Shown piece after piece: positions 40,189 to 50,799 of a stretch of DNA of 64,000 nt (its first letter is position 1; the number at the start of each line of letters is the position of its first letter). Position numbers and translations under genes: made by a program. The notes beneath the pieces were generated by a model, which was not told where the DNA came from, made no database searches, and saw nothing but the letters and a program-made list of their open reading frames with translations. Source of the DNA: Longimicrobiales bacterium (GTDB lineage: Bacteria > Gemmatimonadota > Gemmatimonadetes > Longimicrobiales > Gaopeijiaceae); assembly GCA_965204735.1 (NCBI GenBank), contig OZ242008.1, forward strand, positions 3,456,001 through 3,520,000, written 5' to 3'.

Positions 40189-40466
40189 CTCGGTAGGAGC
40201 GAGTTCCCACGCAAGCGACCACGCGGCCCGGCAACCACACGCCTGCGAAGCCGGGCGGGGCAGGCCGGATGAGCAGGCGGGAGGCGCACGCGGTACCCAC
40301 GCACATGCCGAGCCACGACCCCGGCCGCACCGCCCGTTTCCCGGCCCAAGCCGCGTTGACTCCGGCTAGCCGGTCGCTATACTGAAGGCAGTCTTCCGCG
40401 CACTTCCGAGTCAGCGCGGCGTCCGACGACCACCTCGACCTTCCCGCCTGGAGCTGCCGGACCGCC

Positions 40467-42086
40467 ATGCGCCTTCAGTTCAAGGGACAGGTCTTCGTCG
40501 AGAACCACCACTTGGCCGTCCCTTTCCACGAGCTGAAGCCGGTCCGCTCCAAGGGAACCAGCCCGAAGGCCAGCCTCCACGACAACCTGATCGTCGAGGG
40601 CGACAATCTGGCAGCGCTCAAGGCGCTTCTGCCGACCTACCACGGCAAGGTCAAGTGCGTCTACATCGACCCTCCGTACAACACCGGCAACGAGGGGTGG
40701 GCTTACAGCGACCGAGTGAACTCGCCGATGATGCAGGACTGGTTCGGCAAGGTCGTGGACCGCGACGACCTGACCCGCCACGACAAGTGGTGCTGCATGA
40801 TGCTGCCCAGGCTGAAACTGCTGCGCGAACTGCTCGCCGACGACGGCGCGATCTTCGTGTCCATCGACGACAACGAGGTCCACCGGCTGCGGTTCCTGAT
40901 GGACGAGGTGTTCGGCGAAGAGAACTTCGTGGCGACGATCATATGGGAGAAGGTGTATTCGCCCAAGAGCAGCGCCAAGTACTTCTCGGAAAACCACGAC
41001 TTCATCATCGTGTACGCAAGAGACAAGGAGCAATTCGATCTGGGGTTGCTTCCCCGGACCAAGGAAGCCGACAAACGCTATTCCAATCCCGACGACGACC
41101 CTCGCGGGGCCTGGAAGGCGAGCGACTTGTCGGCGCGAAACCCGTACTCTCGCGGAATCTATGCCATCCAATGTCCAGGGGGACGCAGAATCGAAGGGCC
41201 TCCTGCAGGCAGATTTTGGCTGTACTCCGAGCAGAAGTTCTGGGAGATGCATGAAGACAATCGAATATGGTGGGGCGAAGACGGCGATCAGGTGCCAGCC
41301 GTCAAGCGCTTCCTGTCCGAGGTCAAGTCGGGGATGGTGCCGGAGACCATTTGGACGTACAAGGAGGTAGGACATACGCAACGAGCCAAGAAGACCCTCT
41401 TGGACATATTCCCGGACGACTTTCCGAACTTCACCACCGCCAAGCCGGTCGAATTGATCTCGCGAATCCTGCGCCTGGCCACCGACAAGGATTCCATCGT
41501 GCTCGACTCCTTCGCCGGCTCCGGCACCACCGCCCAAGCCGTGCTGGCCCTCAACAAGGAGGACGGGGGCAACCGGCGCTTTGTGCTGGTGGAGTGCGAG
41601 GACTACGTGGACACGTTGACGGCGGAGCGAGTGCGACGGGTCGTCAAGGGCGTCCCCGGAGCCAAAGACGAGAGCCTGGCAGCTGGGCTTGGCGGAACGT
41701 TCAGCTACTTCAAGTTGGGCCGACCGATGCGACGGGAATCCATGCTGAAGAAGTCGGGGCTGCCGGCGTACGAGAGGCTGGCTGGCTACATCTTCTTCAC
41801 GGCCACCGGCGAAGAGTTCGAGCCCGAACGGGTGAACCGCGACGCGTGGTTCATCGGCACGAGCACTCTTTGGGACGTATTCCTGATCTACGACACCGAC
41901 ATCGACACGCTCAAGAACTTGGCGCTGACGCTCGACATCGCACAGAAGTTGCCGGACAGCGGCCGGAAGCGGCTTGTGTTTGCGCCCACCAAGTACATGG
42001 ACGCGGAGCTGCTGCACCAGCATCGCATTCTCTTCTCCCAGCTCCCGTTCGAGATCTACGATACGGTGGACAGGTTGGCCAAGTGA
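40467..42086 (+). CDS. mod: Type III restriction-modification methyltransferase (Mod)
   Basis: IVEGDNL, YIDPPYNTG, FVSIDDNE and LDSFAGSGTTA motifs. Confidence 0.93.
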   Translation: MRLQFKGQVFVENHHLAVPFHELKPVRSKGTSPKASLHDNLIVEGDNLAALKALLPTYHGKVKCVYIDPPYNTGNEGWAYSDRVNSPMMQDWFGKVVDRDDLTRHDKWCCMMLPRLKLLRELLADDGAIFVSIDDNEVHRLRFLMDEVFGEENFVATIIWEKVYSPKSSAKYFSENHDFIIVYARDKEQFDLGLLPRTKEADKRYSNPDDDPRGAWKASDLSARNPYSRGIYAIQCPGGRRIEGPPAGRFWLYSEQKFWEMHEDNRIWWGEDGDQVPAVKRFLSEVKSGMVPETIWTYKEVGHTQRAKKTLLDIFPDDFPNFTTAKPVELISRILRLATDKDSIVLDSFAGSGTTAQAVLALNKEDGGNRRFVLVECEDYVDTLTAERVRRVVKGVPGAKDESLAAGLGGTFSYFKLGRPMRRESMLKKSGLPAYERLAGYIFFTATGEEFEPERVNRDAWFIGTSTLWDVFLIYDTDIDTLKNLALTLDIAQKLPDSGRKRLVFAPTKYMDAELLHQHRILFSQLPFEIYDTVDRLAK

Positions 42087-44632
42087 TCCTCAAGGACTAC
42101 CAGAAACGGGCCCTGGACACGGTTCGGGACTACGTGGAGTGCTTGGCAAAGTGGCGCGACAAGGTCGCCGACCTGGATCCGGAACTCGAATTCGACTGGG
42201 CGGCAAAGGCCTGGGAGAAGTGTGGTCCGTCACGCCACTACGTGCCCCGACGCAACGGTCTGTGGCGTCCGCTGCCCACCTTCTGCCTCAAGGTTCCAAC
42301 GGGGGGCGGCAAGACGTTGATGGCGACCAAGGTGATCGACGTGGTCCATACGCACTTGCACCGACGACAGACGGGACTGGTGCTGTGGATCGTTCCCACC
42401 ACGCAGATATACAACCAGACTCTGAAAGCGCTGAAGGACCGCGACCATCCGTACCGCCAGCAGCTGGACGTGTTGTCGGCGGGACGCACCCTCGTCTTGG
42501 AGAAGACAAGCGGCTTCGCCCGTCGCGACGTGTCGGAGAAGCTGTGCATCCTCTTGCTGATGCTGCCTTCCGCCAACCGCCGCACCAAGGAACAGCTCCG
42601 CATGTTCCGGGACAGCGGCGGCTTCGACCACTTCTTCCCCCCGGACGACGATGTCGAGGGCCACAAGAAGTTGCTGACGAAGGTGCCGAACCTGGACACG
42701 TTCGAACAGGAGAGCGGGGTCTGGGGCTGCTACGTCAAGACTTCCCTGGGCAACACCCTGCGCCTGCTTCAACCACTGATCGTGCTGGACGAAGGGCACA
42801 GGGCGTACAGCCGGAACGCCAAGAAGACCCTGGAGGGCTTCAATCCGTGCATGATCGTCGAGCTTTCGGCCACGCCTCCCAGGGACGCCAACGTCTTGGT
42901 GAATATCGCGGGCCGGGAGCTCGCCGCGGAAGAGATGGTCAAGCTCGATCTGCACATCAAGAACAGCGGCAGTCCCAACTGGGAGGACACGCTGCTGGCG
43001 TCGATCGAGCACCGCAAGCTGCTGGAGGAAGAAGCGCGGCTGCACGAGGCCGAGACGGGCCGGCACATCCGCCCCATCTGCCTGATTCAGGTGGAGCGCA
43101 CGGGGAGGGACCAGCGCCGCCCCGGCGTCGTGCACGCCGAGGACGTCAGGGAGTACCTGCTTCGCCACCCGGAGATCCGCCCGGAGCACGTTGTCGTCAA
43201 GACCAGCCAGAAGGACGAGCTGAAGGTGGTGGACGAGGTCGGCGGCCTGCTGGCCAGAGACTGCCCCGTGAGGTTCATCGTCACGAAGCAGGCGTTGCAG
43301 GAAGGTTGGGACTGCTCCTTCGCCTACGTCTTGGCGATCCTGACGAACCCGGCGTCGAAGAGCGCGCTGACCCAGCTCGTGGGCCGGATCTTGCGTCAAC
43401 CCTACGCCAAGAAGACGGGCGTTCCCCGGCTCGACGAGAGCTACGTCTTCTGCTTCCAGCGCCGGGGGGCGGAGCTGCTCCAGGAAGTGCGCAAGGGCTT
43501 CGGACTGGAAGGCTTGCAGGATCTCGAAGGCAAGGTCGTGGCCGACGACGAAGAAGGGCATTTCGTGCCGGGGGAACCGGTGCTGGCGCGTCGGCGCGGT
43601 CGCTACCGCGACGCCGTCCGGGACTTCGTGCTGCCCGCGTTCATGATCAAGGACGGCCCCGGCTGGCGGCCCGTGCGATACGAGACCGACATCTTGTCGC
43701 GGGTTCCGTGGGACGACGTGGACGTGCGCCCGCTGTTCGACCTGCCCCTGGGCCAGGCGGGCGGCGGCAGCTTCGACCTGCGCGCCGGACTAGACGAGGA
43801 AGAGGCGTTGACTGCTCCTGCCGTCGCCAGCACCGGCGCAGCGCGCGAAGGCGAAGACGTGATCGACTACTACTTCGCCGCCGGCCATCTGCTGAACGTC
43901 ATGCCGAACCCATGGCGCGGCGCCGAAGCCGCCGAGAGGGTCTTCGAAGCGTTGGCGCAGAAGCATCCGCGCGGGCAAGTGCAGACGAGCTACATGTTCG
44001 TCCTCGAAGAGCTGCGCAAGCACCTGGAAGGAGAGCGGGACCGACTGTCTCGGGCTGTCTTTTTCGACATGCTGGAGCGCGGCGTCATGCGGTTCCTGGT
44101 GGTAGCCGACGACCTGACGTTCAATCGCCCGCCGTCGGAGGTCGAAATCGGAAGCGGCAAGCAAGCGAACCGGACGGACGGCAGCCAGTTCGTCCTCAAC
44201 TTGTACGAGCGCACCAGCGAGGAAGACCTGAACGCGCTGGAAGCCAAGGTGGCCACGTACCTGGACCAGCAGGCGCGGCTGTTCTTCTGGTACCGGAACC
44301 GGAGCCGCAAGGACTACTACGTGCAGGGCTGGAAGCCCCGGCGCGTCTACGCGGACTTCGTGTTCGCGCTCAAAGCGGAGGGCCGGGAAGGCGAGGCGGA
44401 GCGAGGCGACGACAAGGGCTTCGGCGACGTGTTCGTGCTCGAGACCAAGGGACTGCACCTCAAGCAGTCGGAGGACACCGACTACAAGCGGTCCGTCTTC
44501 GACACGTGCTCCGAGCTGGCCAAGCAGAAGGAATGGGCCGAGTTCGCGCCGACGATGCGCGACAAGGTCGTGCGCTTCGAGGTCGTCGACGAGGACGAGT
44601 GGCAACAGCGGCTCAACGCGATGCTGGCCTGA
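42083..44632 (+). CDS. res: Type III restriction enzyme Res subunit (SF2 helicase-nuclease)
   Basis: GTGA overlap with mod; LKDYQ, VPTGGGKT, LDEGH, LSATP, LQEGWD, QLVGRILRQP and YADFVF...LETKG. Confidence 0.92.
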   Translation: MILKDYQKRALDTVRDYVECLAKWRDKVADLDPELEFDWAAKAWEKCGPSRHYVPRRNGLWRPLPTFCLKVPTGGGKTLMATKVIDVVHTHLHRRQTGLVLWIVPTTQIYNQTLKALKDRDHPYRQQLDVLSAGRTLVLEKTSGFARRDVSEKLCILLLMLPSANRRTKEQLRMFRDSGGFDHFFPPDDDVEGHKKLLTKVPNLDTFEQESGVWGCYVKTSLGNTLRLLQPLIVLDEGHRAYSRNAKKTLEGFNPCMIVELSATPPRDANVLVNIAGRELAAEEMVKLDLHIKNSGSPNWEDTLLASIEHRKLLEEEARLHEAETGRHIRPICLIQVERTGRDQRRPGVVHAEDVREYLLRHPEIRPEHVVVKTSQKDELKVVDEVGGLLARDCPVRFIVTKQALQEGWDCSFAYVLAILTNPASKSALTQLVGRILRQPYAKKTGVPRLDESYVFCFQRRGAELLQEVRKGFGLEGLQDLEGKVVADDEEGHFVPGEPVLARRRGRYRDAVRDFVLPAFMIKDGPGWRPVRYETDILSRVPWDDVDVRPLFDLPLGQAGGGSFDLRAGLDEEEALTAPAVASTGAAREGEDVIDYYFAAGHLLNVMPNPWRGAEAAERVFEALAQKHPRGQVQTSYMFVLEELRKHLEGERDRLSRAVFFDMLERGVMRFLVVADDLTFNRPPSEVEIGSGKQANRTDGSQFVLNLYERTSEEDLNALEAKVATYLDQQARLFFWYRNRSRKDYYVQGWKPRRVYADFVFALKAEGREGEAERGDDKGFGDVFVLETKGLHLKQSEDTDYKRSVFDTCSELAKQKEWAEFAPTMRDKVVRFEVVDEDEWQQRLNAMLA

Positions 44633-47600
44633 TGGGCCTTGGCCCGGCTGGGTCATCACCCTCGCCGGGCAAGCGGTCGGTTTCCGAGACGTTATTCGTT
44701 GTGGTGTCGCCGGAGCCGGACGCTCCGTCGACTTTGGCTTCGGAGTCGGCCGGCATCGCCGGATGCGCGAGCGCGGCGGCGATCGAAGTGTCCGCGTGAG
44801 CCTGGATCTTCACGCCGGTCGGCAGCGACAGCGCGTTTGCCGGCACGCTCACGCCGTCCGTGTCCAGGTCCCCCGCCTGCACCGTGTACTGGAACCCCAG
44901 CGCCCACGGCACGTGCCACGTCATCGGCAACTTCCGCGTCGCCGTCCCCACTGTCAGCTCCAGCTCCGGCGCGCCCGTCACCTTGACCCATCCCCTGTGG
45001 ATGTTCACCGCCAAGTCCACCGTGTCCCCCAGCCCGTAAGTGCCGCCGTCGGCCGGAGAACTGATCACCTCGACCGATCTCACCCAAGGAATCGGCGTAA
45101 GGTCGCCGTTCACCTTCCGAGTCCTGTCCGCAGGCACGCCGGGATGGTCCAGCCTGGCGTCCGTAGCGCTGTCCGAAGCCGCCCGGAGCCACACCCCCGC
45201 GTCGAGGCTCACCACCCCCGGCGGCACGCTCGGCCCGTCCGGGGCTCGGTTCCCTCGAGCGACCCTGCTGTACATCATCAGCGCCAGCCCCTCCCCGCGA
45301 ATCTTGGCGAAGATCGTGGGGACCGTGTCCGCTCCGATCTCGATTCTCACCGACGGATTCGAGTGCTTGCGCTTCACGACCGGCTGGTCGTAGTACGCCG
45401 TCACCCACAGCTTGTCGCCGTACATGTACACGCTGTCCGCCGGCGCCGAATTGGTGTGCTTGATGAACTCCATCCGCACGATCCGCGGCCGCCCGTCCAC
45501 CTTCCGCGTCGTGTCCCCCGCCACTGCCCCGTGGGCAATGCCCACCGCCGTCGCGCTGTCCGCCGCCGCCAAGATCCTCCCCCCGTTCAGCTCCACCGCG
45601 TTCGCCGCGATGCCCGCGCCGTCGTCGTCCCGGTCCGACGTCTGCACCGTGTACGTGAAGTCCAAGGTCGTGCCGGGGGCCGTCGGCACCACGACCTCTG
45701 CCGGCCGCGTCCGCGTTCCGATCGTCAGCGCCATCCGGGGCTTCCCGCCCACGGTGTCCACCACCACGCTCTTGTCGAACGTGATTCGCGTCCGAATCTG
45801 CTGGCCGTACACGTAGGTGGCGCCCTCCGCGGGCGAACTCACGAACCCAGCGGCGACCAGCCTGGGAAGTATGCCGTCAACTCTGGCTTCGGAGTCGGCC
45901 GGCATCGCCGGATGCGCGAGCGCCGCGGCGAGCGAAGTGTCCGCGTAAGCCTGGATCCTCACGCCCGCCGGCAGCGACAGCGCGTTTGCCGGCACGCTCA
46001 CGCCGTCCGTGTCCAGGTCCCCCGCCTGCACCGTGTATTGGAACCCCAGCGCCCACGGCACGTGCCACGTCATCGGCAACTTGCGCGTCGCCGTCCCCAC
46101 CGTCAGCTCCAGCTCCGGCGCGCCCGTCACCTTGACCCATCCCCTGTGGATGTTCGCCGCCAAGTCCACCGTGTCCCCCAGCCCGTAAGTGCCGCCGTTG
46201 GCCGGAGAACTGATCACCTCGACCGATCTCACCCAAGGAATCGGCGTAAGGTCGCCGTTCACCTTCCGAGTCCTGTCCGCAGGCACGCCGGGATGGTCCA
46301 GCCTGGCGTCCGTAGCGCTGTCCGAAGCCGCCCGGAGCCACACCCCCGCGTCGAGGCTCACCACCCCCGGCGGCACGCTCGGCCCGTCCGGGGCTCGGTT
46401 CCCTCGAGCGACCCTGCTGTACATCATCAGCGCCAGCCCCTCCCCGCGAATCTTGGCGAAGATCGTGGGGACCGTGTCCGCTCCGATCTCGATTCTCACC
46501 GACGGATTCGAGTGCTTGCGCTTCACGACCGGCTGGTCGTAGTACGCCGTCACCCACAGCTTGTCGCCGTACATGTACACGCTGTCCGCCGGCGCCGAAT
46601 TGGTGTGCTTGATGAACTCCATCCGCACGATCCGCGGCCGCCCGTCCACCTTTCGCGTCGTGTCCCCCGCCACCGCCCCGTGGGCAATGCCCACCGCCGT
46701 CGCGCTGTCCGCCGCCGCCAAGATCCTCCCCCCGTTCAGCTCCACCGCGTTCGCCGCGATGCCCGCGCCGTCGTCGTCCCGGTCCGACGTCTGCACCGTG
46801 TACTCGAAATCAACGTGGCGACGTGCGTGCCGAGCGTAAAGCGCCTTCACTGTGTCCGCCTCTTGGCCCAGCAGCTCCGTGAACACCAGCTTGGCCGACG
46901 GCTTTCCCTGGGTGATGTCCACGATCACGTCTCGGTCGAACTCGGCGCGCAACCTGATCGTGTCGCTCCATAGATGCGTGTTGTTCGCTGGCGCTTCGCC
47001 CATGAAGAGCATTCGTTGCAGAGCAGGCGCTCGCGGGCGGTTTCCCTGCACCTTGCGAGTCGCGTCCGCGGCCACCGAGTCGTGGGACAAGTCGGCCGCG
47101 GTCGTGCTGTCCGATGCCGCTTTGATCGTTCCGCCATTCAGGTCCACCGAGTCGGATGGAACGCTCAGGCCGTCGGCGTCGACGTCGCTCGTCTTCACGG
47201 CATAGCCGAACGCCAAGGCCGAGTCCGTCGGCTTGCGCAGGTAGCTCGCCCACTCCGTACTCGAACCAACCTGCAACCGGAGCTGAGGCCGCCCGCCCGC
47301 GACGTCAACGACGACCCCTTGGTCGAACGTGACATGCACTCGCACGGTGTCGTCGGCTCGGTAGGAGCTGTCGCCCGGCGCGTCGCCAGCAAACGCTATC
47401 TGGGACGCCCACGGCCGACCATCCACCTTCTGGCTCGCAACGTTCGATATCCCGACGTGAGACAGATCGGCATTGGTGCTTGCGTCGACCGACTTGATCG
47501 CTCCTCCTCCGAGGTCCACGGCGTTGGCCGGAATGCTCATTCCGTCCAGATCTCGGTCTGCCGACTTCACGTTGTAGTGGAAGATCAGGTTGCGATCATC

Positions 47601-47912
47601 GTTCTGCTTCGCGTACTTGGCCCGCGCCGTGTCCGAGCCGATCAGCAGCTTGACGTCCGGGGTACCGCTGGTCGTGTCTACCACAACGGTCTGGGCAAAT
47701 GCGACCCGCACGACAACCAACTCTCCGAACCTGTGTACACCGCCGGCCGTCGCCGCCCGCGCGAACTGGATGGCGGTGATCCGGGGGGCCACAGCGCCCT
47801 GTGCCGCAATCGCTGGGAGCGTCAGGACGCTTTCCGGAGCAGTGGCGGGACGTCCGTCACTGCATCCGGCAATCCATGCGACCGCGAACGCCGTGGCAAC
47901 ACGAAGATTCAT
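44613..47912 (-). CDS. Large surface lipoprotein or adhesin with tandem Ig-like beta-sandwich repeats
   Basis: Lipobox IAGC; about seven repeats containing F.YTV...D.D.DG.S.PANA. Confidence 0.8.
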   Translation of the reverse strand: MNLRVATAFAVAWIAGCSDGRPATAPESVLTLPAIAAQGAVAPRITAIQFARAATAGGVHRFGELVVVRVAFAQTVVVDTTSGTPDVKLLIGSDTARAKYAKQNDDRNLIFHYNVKSADRDLDGMSIPANAVDLGGGAIKSVDASTNADLSHVGISNVASQKVDGRPWASQIAFAGDAPGDSSYRADDTVRVHVTFDQGVVVDVAGGRPQLRLQVGSSTEWASYLRKPTDSALAFGYAVKTSDVDADGLSVPSDSVDLNGGTIKAASDSTTAADLSHDSVAADATRKVQGNRPRAPALQRMLFMGEAPANNTHLWSDTIRLRAEFDRDVIVDITQGKPSAKLVFTELLGQEADTVKALYARHARRHVDFEYTVQTSDRDDDGAGIAANAVELNGGRILAAADSATAVGIAHGAVAGDTTRKVDGRPRIVRMEFIKHTNSAPADSVYMYGDKLWVTAYYDQPVVKRKHSNPSVRIEIGADTVPTIFAKIRGEGLALMMYSRVARGNRAPDGPSVPPGVVSLDAGVWLRAASDSATDARLDHPGVPADRTRKVNGDLTPIPWVRSVEVISSPANGGTYGLGDTVDLAANIHRGWVKVTGAPELELTVGTATRKLPMTWHVPWALGFQYTVQAGDLDTDGVSVPANALSLPAGVRIQAYADTSLAAALAHPAMPADSEARVDGILPRLVAAGFVSSPAEGATYVYGQQIRTRITFDKSVVVDTVGGKPRMALTIGTRTRPAEVVVPTAPGTTLDFTYTVQTSDRDDDGAGIAANAVELNGGRILAAADSATAVGIAHGAVAGDTTRKVDGRPRIVRMEFIKHTNSAPADSVYMYGDKLWVTAYYDQPVVKRKHSNPSVRIEIGADTVPTIFAKIRGEGLALMMYSRVARGNRAPDGPSVPPGVVSLDAGVWLRAASDSATDARLDHPGVPADRTRKVNGDLTPIPWVRSVEVISSPADGGTYGLGDTVDLAVNIHRGWVKVTGAPELELTVGTATRKLPMTWHVPWALGFQYTVQAGDLDTDGVSVPANALSLPTGVKIQAHADTSIAAALAHPAMPADSEAKVDGASGSGDTTTNNVSETDRLPGEGDDPAGPRPIRPASR
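44735..46803. repeat. Near-exact 920-bp intragenic duplication (44735-45654 and 45884-46803; offset 1149 bp)
   Basis: Direct comparison; shadow ORFs 45040-45393 and 46189-46542 are nearly identical. Confidence 0.9.
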
Positions 47913-47940
47913 TTGCCTGACCTCTTCTTGGGGATCATCG

Positions 47941-49647
47941 TCAGTCCTCCACCGTGAAGTGCATCATCATGCCGGCGTGCAGGTGCTCGGCGATGTGACA
48001 GTGCAACATCCAGTCGCCCGGGTTGGACATCTCGACCAGGATGTCCATGGTGGAGCCCACGGGGACGATCGCGGTGTCCTTCCACACCAGGTTGTCGTTG
48101 GGCACGTCGTCGCGGGCCAGCACGACGAAGCGCTGGCCGTGCACGTGCACCGGGTGGTTCATGGGGTGGAACGAATCGGGCGAGTTGAAGACGCGCATCT
48201 TGACCAAGTCGCCCACCTTGAAGCGCCAGTGGATCGCTTCGTTCTCGCGGCCGGTCGCAACGTCCCGCAGTATCCAGGTGACCTGGGTTCCGGTCGAGAG
48301 CCAGTTCATCATGGGCATGGCGTCGTTCCACTCCATGGGGGGCACGTACAGCGTGTCGGCCTCCATCGAGCGGACGATCGGCAGGGGCAGGCCCTGGACG
48401 CGGACGGTGGCCTCCAGCACGTGGTCGGGAGGGCGGCCCAGGTGAGCGCGCAGAGGCTCGGTTTCGGCGGCGACTTCGGCGTACTCTCGCAACGTTGCGA
48501 ACGCCTCGGTCATCGCGTCCCGAACCGGCGGACCCGAGACGCGCACCGTCGCAAGCGTGTCCACGTGGGGGTAGAACTCGCCCCGGAAGTGGTTCACGGC
48601 CTGGATGGTGTTGGCGATGGCGGCTTGGCCCGCCTCCGGGAACGACACGTCCACCACGTAGCGCTCGGCGGGGGCGATCACCACGCTCGACACCCACGTC
48701 TCCCGCTCGAAGCGGCCCACGTCCGACGCCACCAGCTTCACGCGCGCTGGCCCGAAGGTCACGTTGAAGGTGCGCGTGTTGGCCACGTTGGTGATGAAGA
48801 AGCGGACGACTTCGCCGGGCGCGGCCTCCAGCGCGTGGCCCGTCGCGCCATTGACAAGCATCACGTTGCCGAACCGCCCCATGAGCGCGTGGGTAGGCGC
48901 CTCTTCGCCCCATGGGATCAGGCCGCGGCCGTCCATGAGGATGTCGTCCAAGACCAGCAGCTCCTCCCGGTGGGCGGGGCCATAGTGGTCCGGGTCGGGA
49001 GACGACACCAGCAGGTTGCCGTAGAGGCCCAGGTCCTGCTGCACGTCTTCGCGCATGTGGGGGTGGTACCAGAACATCCCGGCGTCCGGGACCTTCAGCT
49101 CGTAGACGAACGACTCGCCCGGCGCGATCGGCGGCTGCGTCAGGCCGGGCACGCCGTCGAAGCGGTTGTCCAGTCGAAGCCCGTGCCAGTGCACGGTCGT
49201 CTCCGCCTCGATCCGGTTGGTGACCCGCACCGCGACCGTCGAGCCCTGCGGCGCTTGGATGAAGGGACCCGGGTACTGGCCGTTGTAGCCGTACATCGCC
49301 GTCGTGTGGCCCGCGAGCGTTCGCCGAACCAGCGTCACGTCCACGTTCAGCGTGTCCCCCGGCCCCAGCCGGACGACCTCGCTGGGCCGAGCCTCGGGCA
49401 ACGTGGCCAAGTCGATCCCCGCCCCCGCCAAGAACGCGCCGACAGGGGGCAACGCACTCTCCAGCCCGGGGAGCATGGGCATGTTCGGGTCCATCGGCGG
49501 CATCCGCCAGCCCGTTCCCATGTCGTGCATGGCGTGGGCCGCGTGGTCCATCTGCTGGGCGGCGGCGGGGGCGCCGGGCGTCAGCGCTTGTGCGGTGAGA
49601 AGTGCGCCGCACCCCATGGGCCGACCTAATCTGCGGCGCTTGATCAT
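47941..49647 (-). CDS. Multicopper oxidase
   Basis: HWHG, WYHPH, HPVHVHG and HCHIAEHLHAGMM motifs; Met/His-rich N-terminus; ATGA overlap with the REase stop (start uncertain). Confidence 0.93.
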   Translation of the reverse strand: MIKRRRLGRPMGCGALLTAQALTPGAPAAAQQMDHAAHAMHDMGTGWRMPPMDPNMPMLPGLESALPPVGAFLAGAGIDLATLPEARPSEVVRLGPGDTLNVDVTLVRRTLAGHTTAMYGYNGQYPGPFIQAPQGSTVAVRVTNRIEAETTVHWHGLRLDNRFDGVPGLTQPPIAPGESFVYELKVPDAGMFWYHPHMREDVQQDLGLYGNLLVSSPDPDHYGPAHREELLVLDDILMDGRGLIPWGEEAPTHALMGRFGNVMLVNGATGHALEAAPGEVVRFFITNVANTRTFNVTFGPARVKLVASDVGRFERETWVSSVVIAPAERYVVDVSFPEAGQAAIANTIQAVNHFRGEFYPHVDTLATVRVSGPPVRDAMTEAFATLREYAEVAAETEPLRAHLGRPPDHVLEATVRVQGLPLPIVRSMEADTLYVPPMEWNDAMPMMNWLSTGTQVTWILRDVATGRENEAIHWRFKVGDLVKMRVFNSPDSFHPMNHPVHVHGQRFVVLARDDVPNDNLVWKDTAIVPVGSTMDILVEMSNPGDWMLHCHIAEHLHAGMMMHFTVED

Positions 49648-50174
49648 CCCAAGAGAGGCCTGATGTGCCGATCGAAGTGTCGGATCAGTGTGTCGTGGTC
49701 GGAAATGTTCTCCCACAGCAAGACATGGCCCTCGTATCCACGAAACCAATGACGTATCGCTTGCCTGTAGTCCTCGTCGTTCGCTATGCCGTTTGTAAAC
49801 ACCCACCAACATGGAATAACATCTGGCGGTTGCCTGCCCTCGGCACGCATAGATGCCAGAATACCGGGTGCCCAATACTTGCATGCACGTTCGTGAGCAT
49901 TGCCCTTGGCTTGCTGGCGCTTGATCTCCACGTACATCGTTCGGCCAGTACTACGCCTGCGAATAGCATAGTCGGGCTTAATGCCATGCTTTCGTCCACT
50001 TGACCTCCACCCGTACATCCCGGCTAGATCGCTTGGCTTACTGTCTGCAACCAGATCTACAGACCCTTCTATGGCCCGCTGAATCGCTACCGCAAATGCA
50101 GTTTCTGCGCGCTGGCCACCGACCGCGGCATCGTCTTGCCACTTGTCCCTATCCGATAGTTCTATGCGGCCCAT
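49644..50174 (-). CDS. MunI-like type II restriction endonuclease
   Basis: MGRIELSDRDKWQ, PDYAI...VEIKRQ (PD-(D/E)xK) and GNAHERACK resemble R.MunI as I recall it. Confidence 0.85.
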   Translation of the reverse strand: MGRIELSDRDKWQDDAAVGGQRAETAFAVAIQRAIEGSVDLVADSKPSDLAGMYGWRSSGRKHGIKPDYAIRRRSTGRTMYVEIKRQQAKGNAHERACKYWAPGILASMRAEGRQPPDVIPCWWVFTNGIANDEDYRQAIRHWFRGYEGHVLLWENISDHDTLIRHFDRHIRPLLG

Positions 50175-50799
50175 TTGCCTCAAGTCCCCATGACTGCCAT
50201 CCAGGTGCTGTACTTCTAGCGAAGAGCTCTATCCGCCGTTGGTCAGGAAACATAAGTTCTATGCGTCTCCGGACTTCCTGCGGTTTCGTCGAATGTGGAC
50301 CGCGCTTGACACTCACAAGTTGGCGCATGTTTCGTGCTCCTCTCGGTTGCGGGATGCGGCCTCGCTTGAACACCAAGCAAAGCTCGCATTGACTGAGCGT
50401 ATAAAAGCCAGGATTGACTCGCATCTTGTCCCACACAAACGCTACGGTTGCCCAATCGAATTCCCACGACTTCCCCAAATCAATGGCTTGATCCAGGTGT
50501 GGACTCGTAGCCCACATGAACAGTAAACTATCCTGAGCAGCGATTTTCTTGACGTTCAACTCTTTGAGTTCGCTCAACTTGACTGTGGGGTAGTGACGCA
50601 CTGCGCCTCCTGTGTCTACAGAACCGGGGCCAGCGTGCTGCAGTTGACCCTTGTAGTCCCAAGGCGGATCGGCGTAGATGATGTCGAATTCTCCCACAGG
50701 AAGTTCAGGAAAGCCTGTTTCGAATGTTCTCCCTCGGGTCTGATACTCCGGTATCAGCGGCCGTGCAGTTGTGACATCCGGAAACAGCGTTTCGTTCAT
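50149..50799 (-). CDS. MT-A70-family N6-adenine methyltransferase (M.MunI-like)
   Basis: IIYADPPW, LFMWAT, FVWDK, HSTKP and IELFAR...GWQSWG; RBS AAGGAG. Confidence 0.9.
   Translation of the reverse strand: MNETLFPDVTTARPLIPEYQTRGRTFETGFPELPVGEFDIIYADPPWDYKGQLQHAGPGSVDTGGAVRHYPTVKLSELKELNVKKIAAQDSLLFMWATSPHLDQAIDLGKSWEFDWATVAFVWDKMRVNPGFYTLSQCELCLVFKRGRIPQPRGARNMRQLVSVKRGPHSTKPQEVRRRIELMFPDQRRIELFARSTAPGWQSWGLEANGPHRTIG

Noticed and set aside
40467..42086. Phase-variable mod gene
   Set aside because: No simple-sequence repeat tract seen in or upstream of the ORF.
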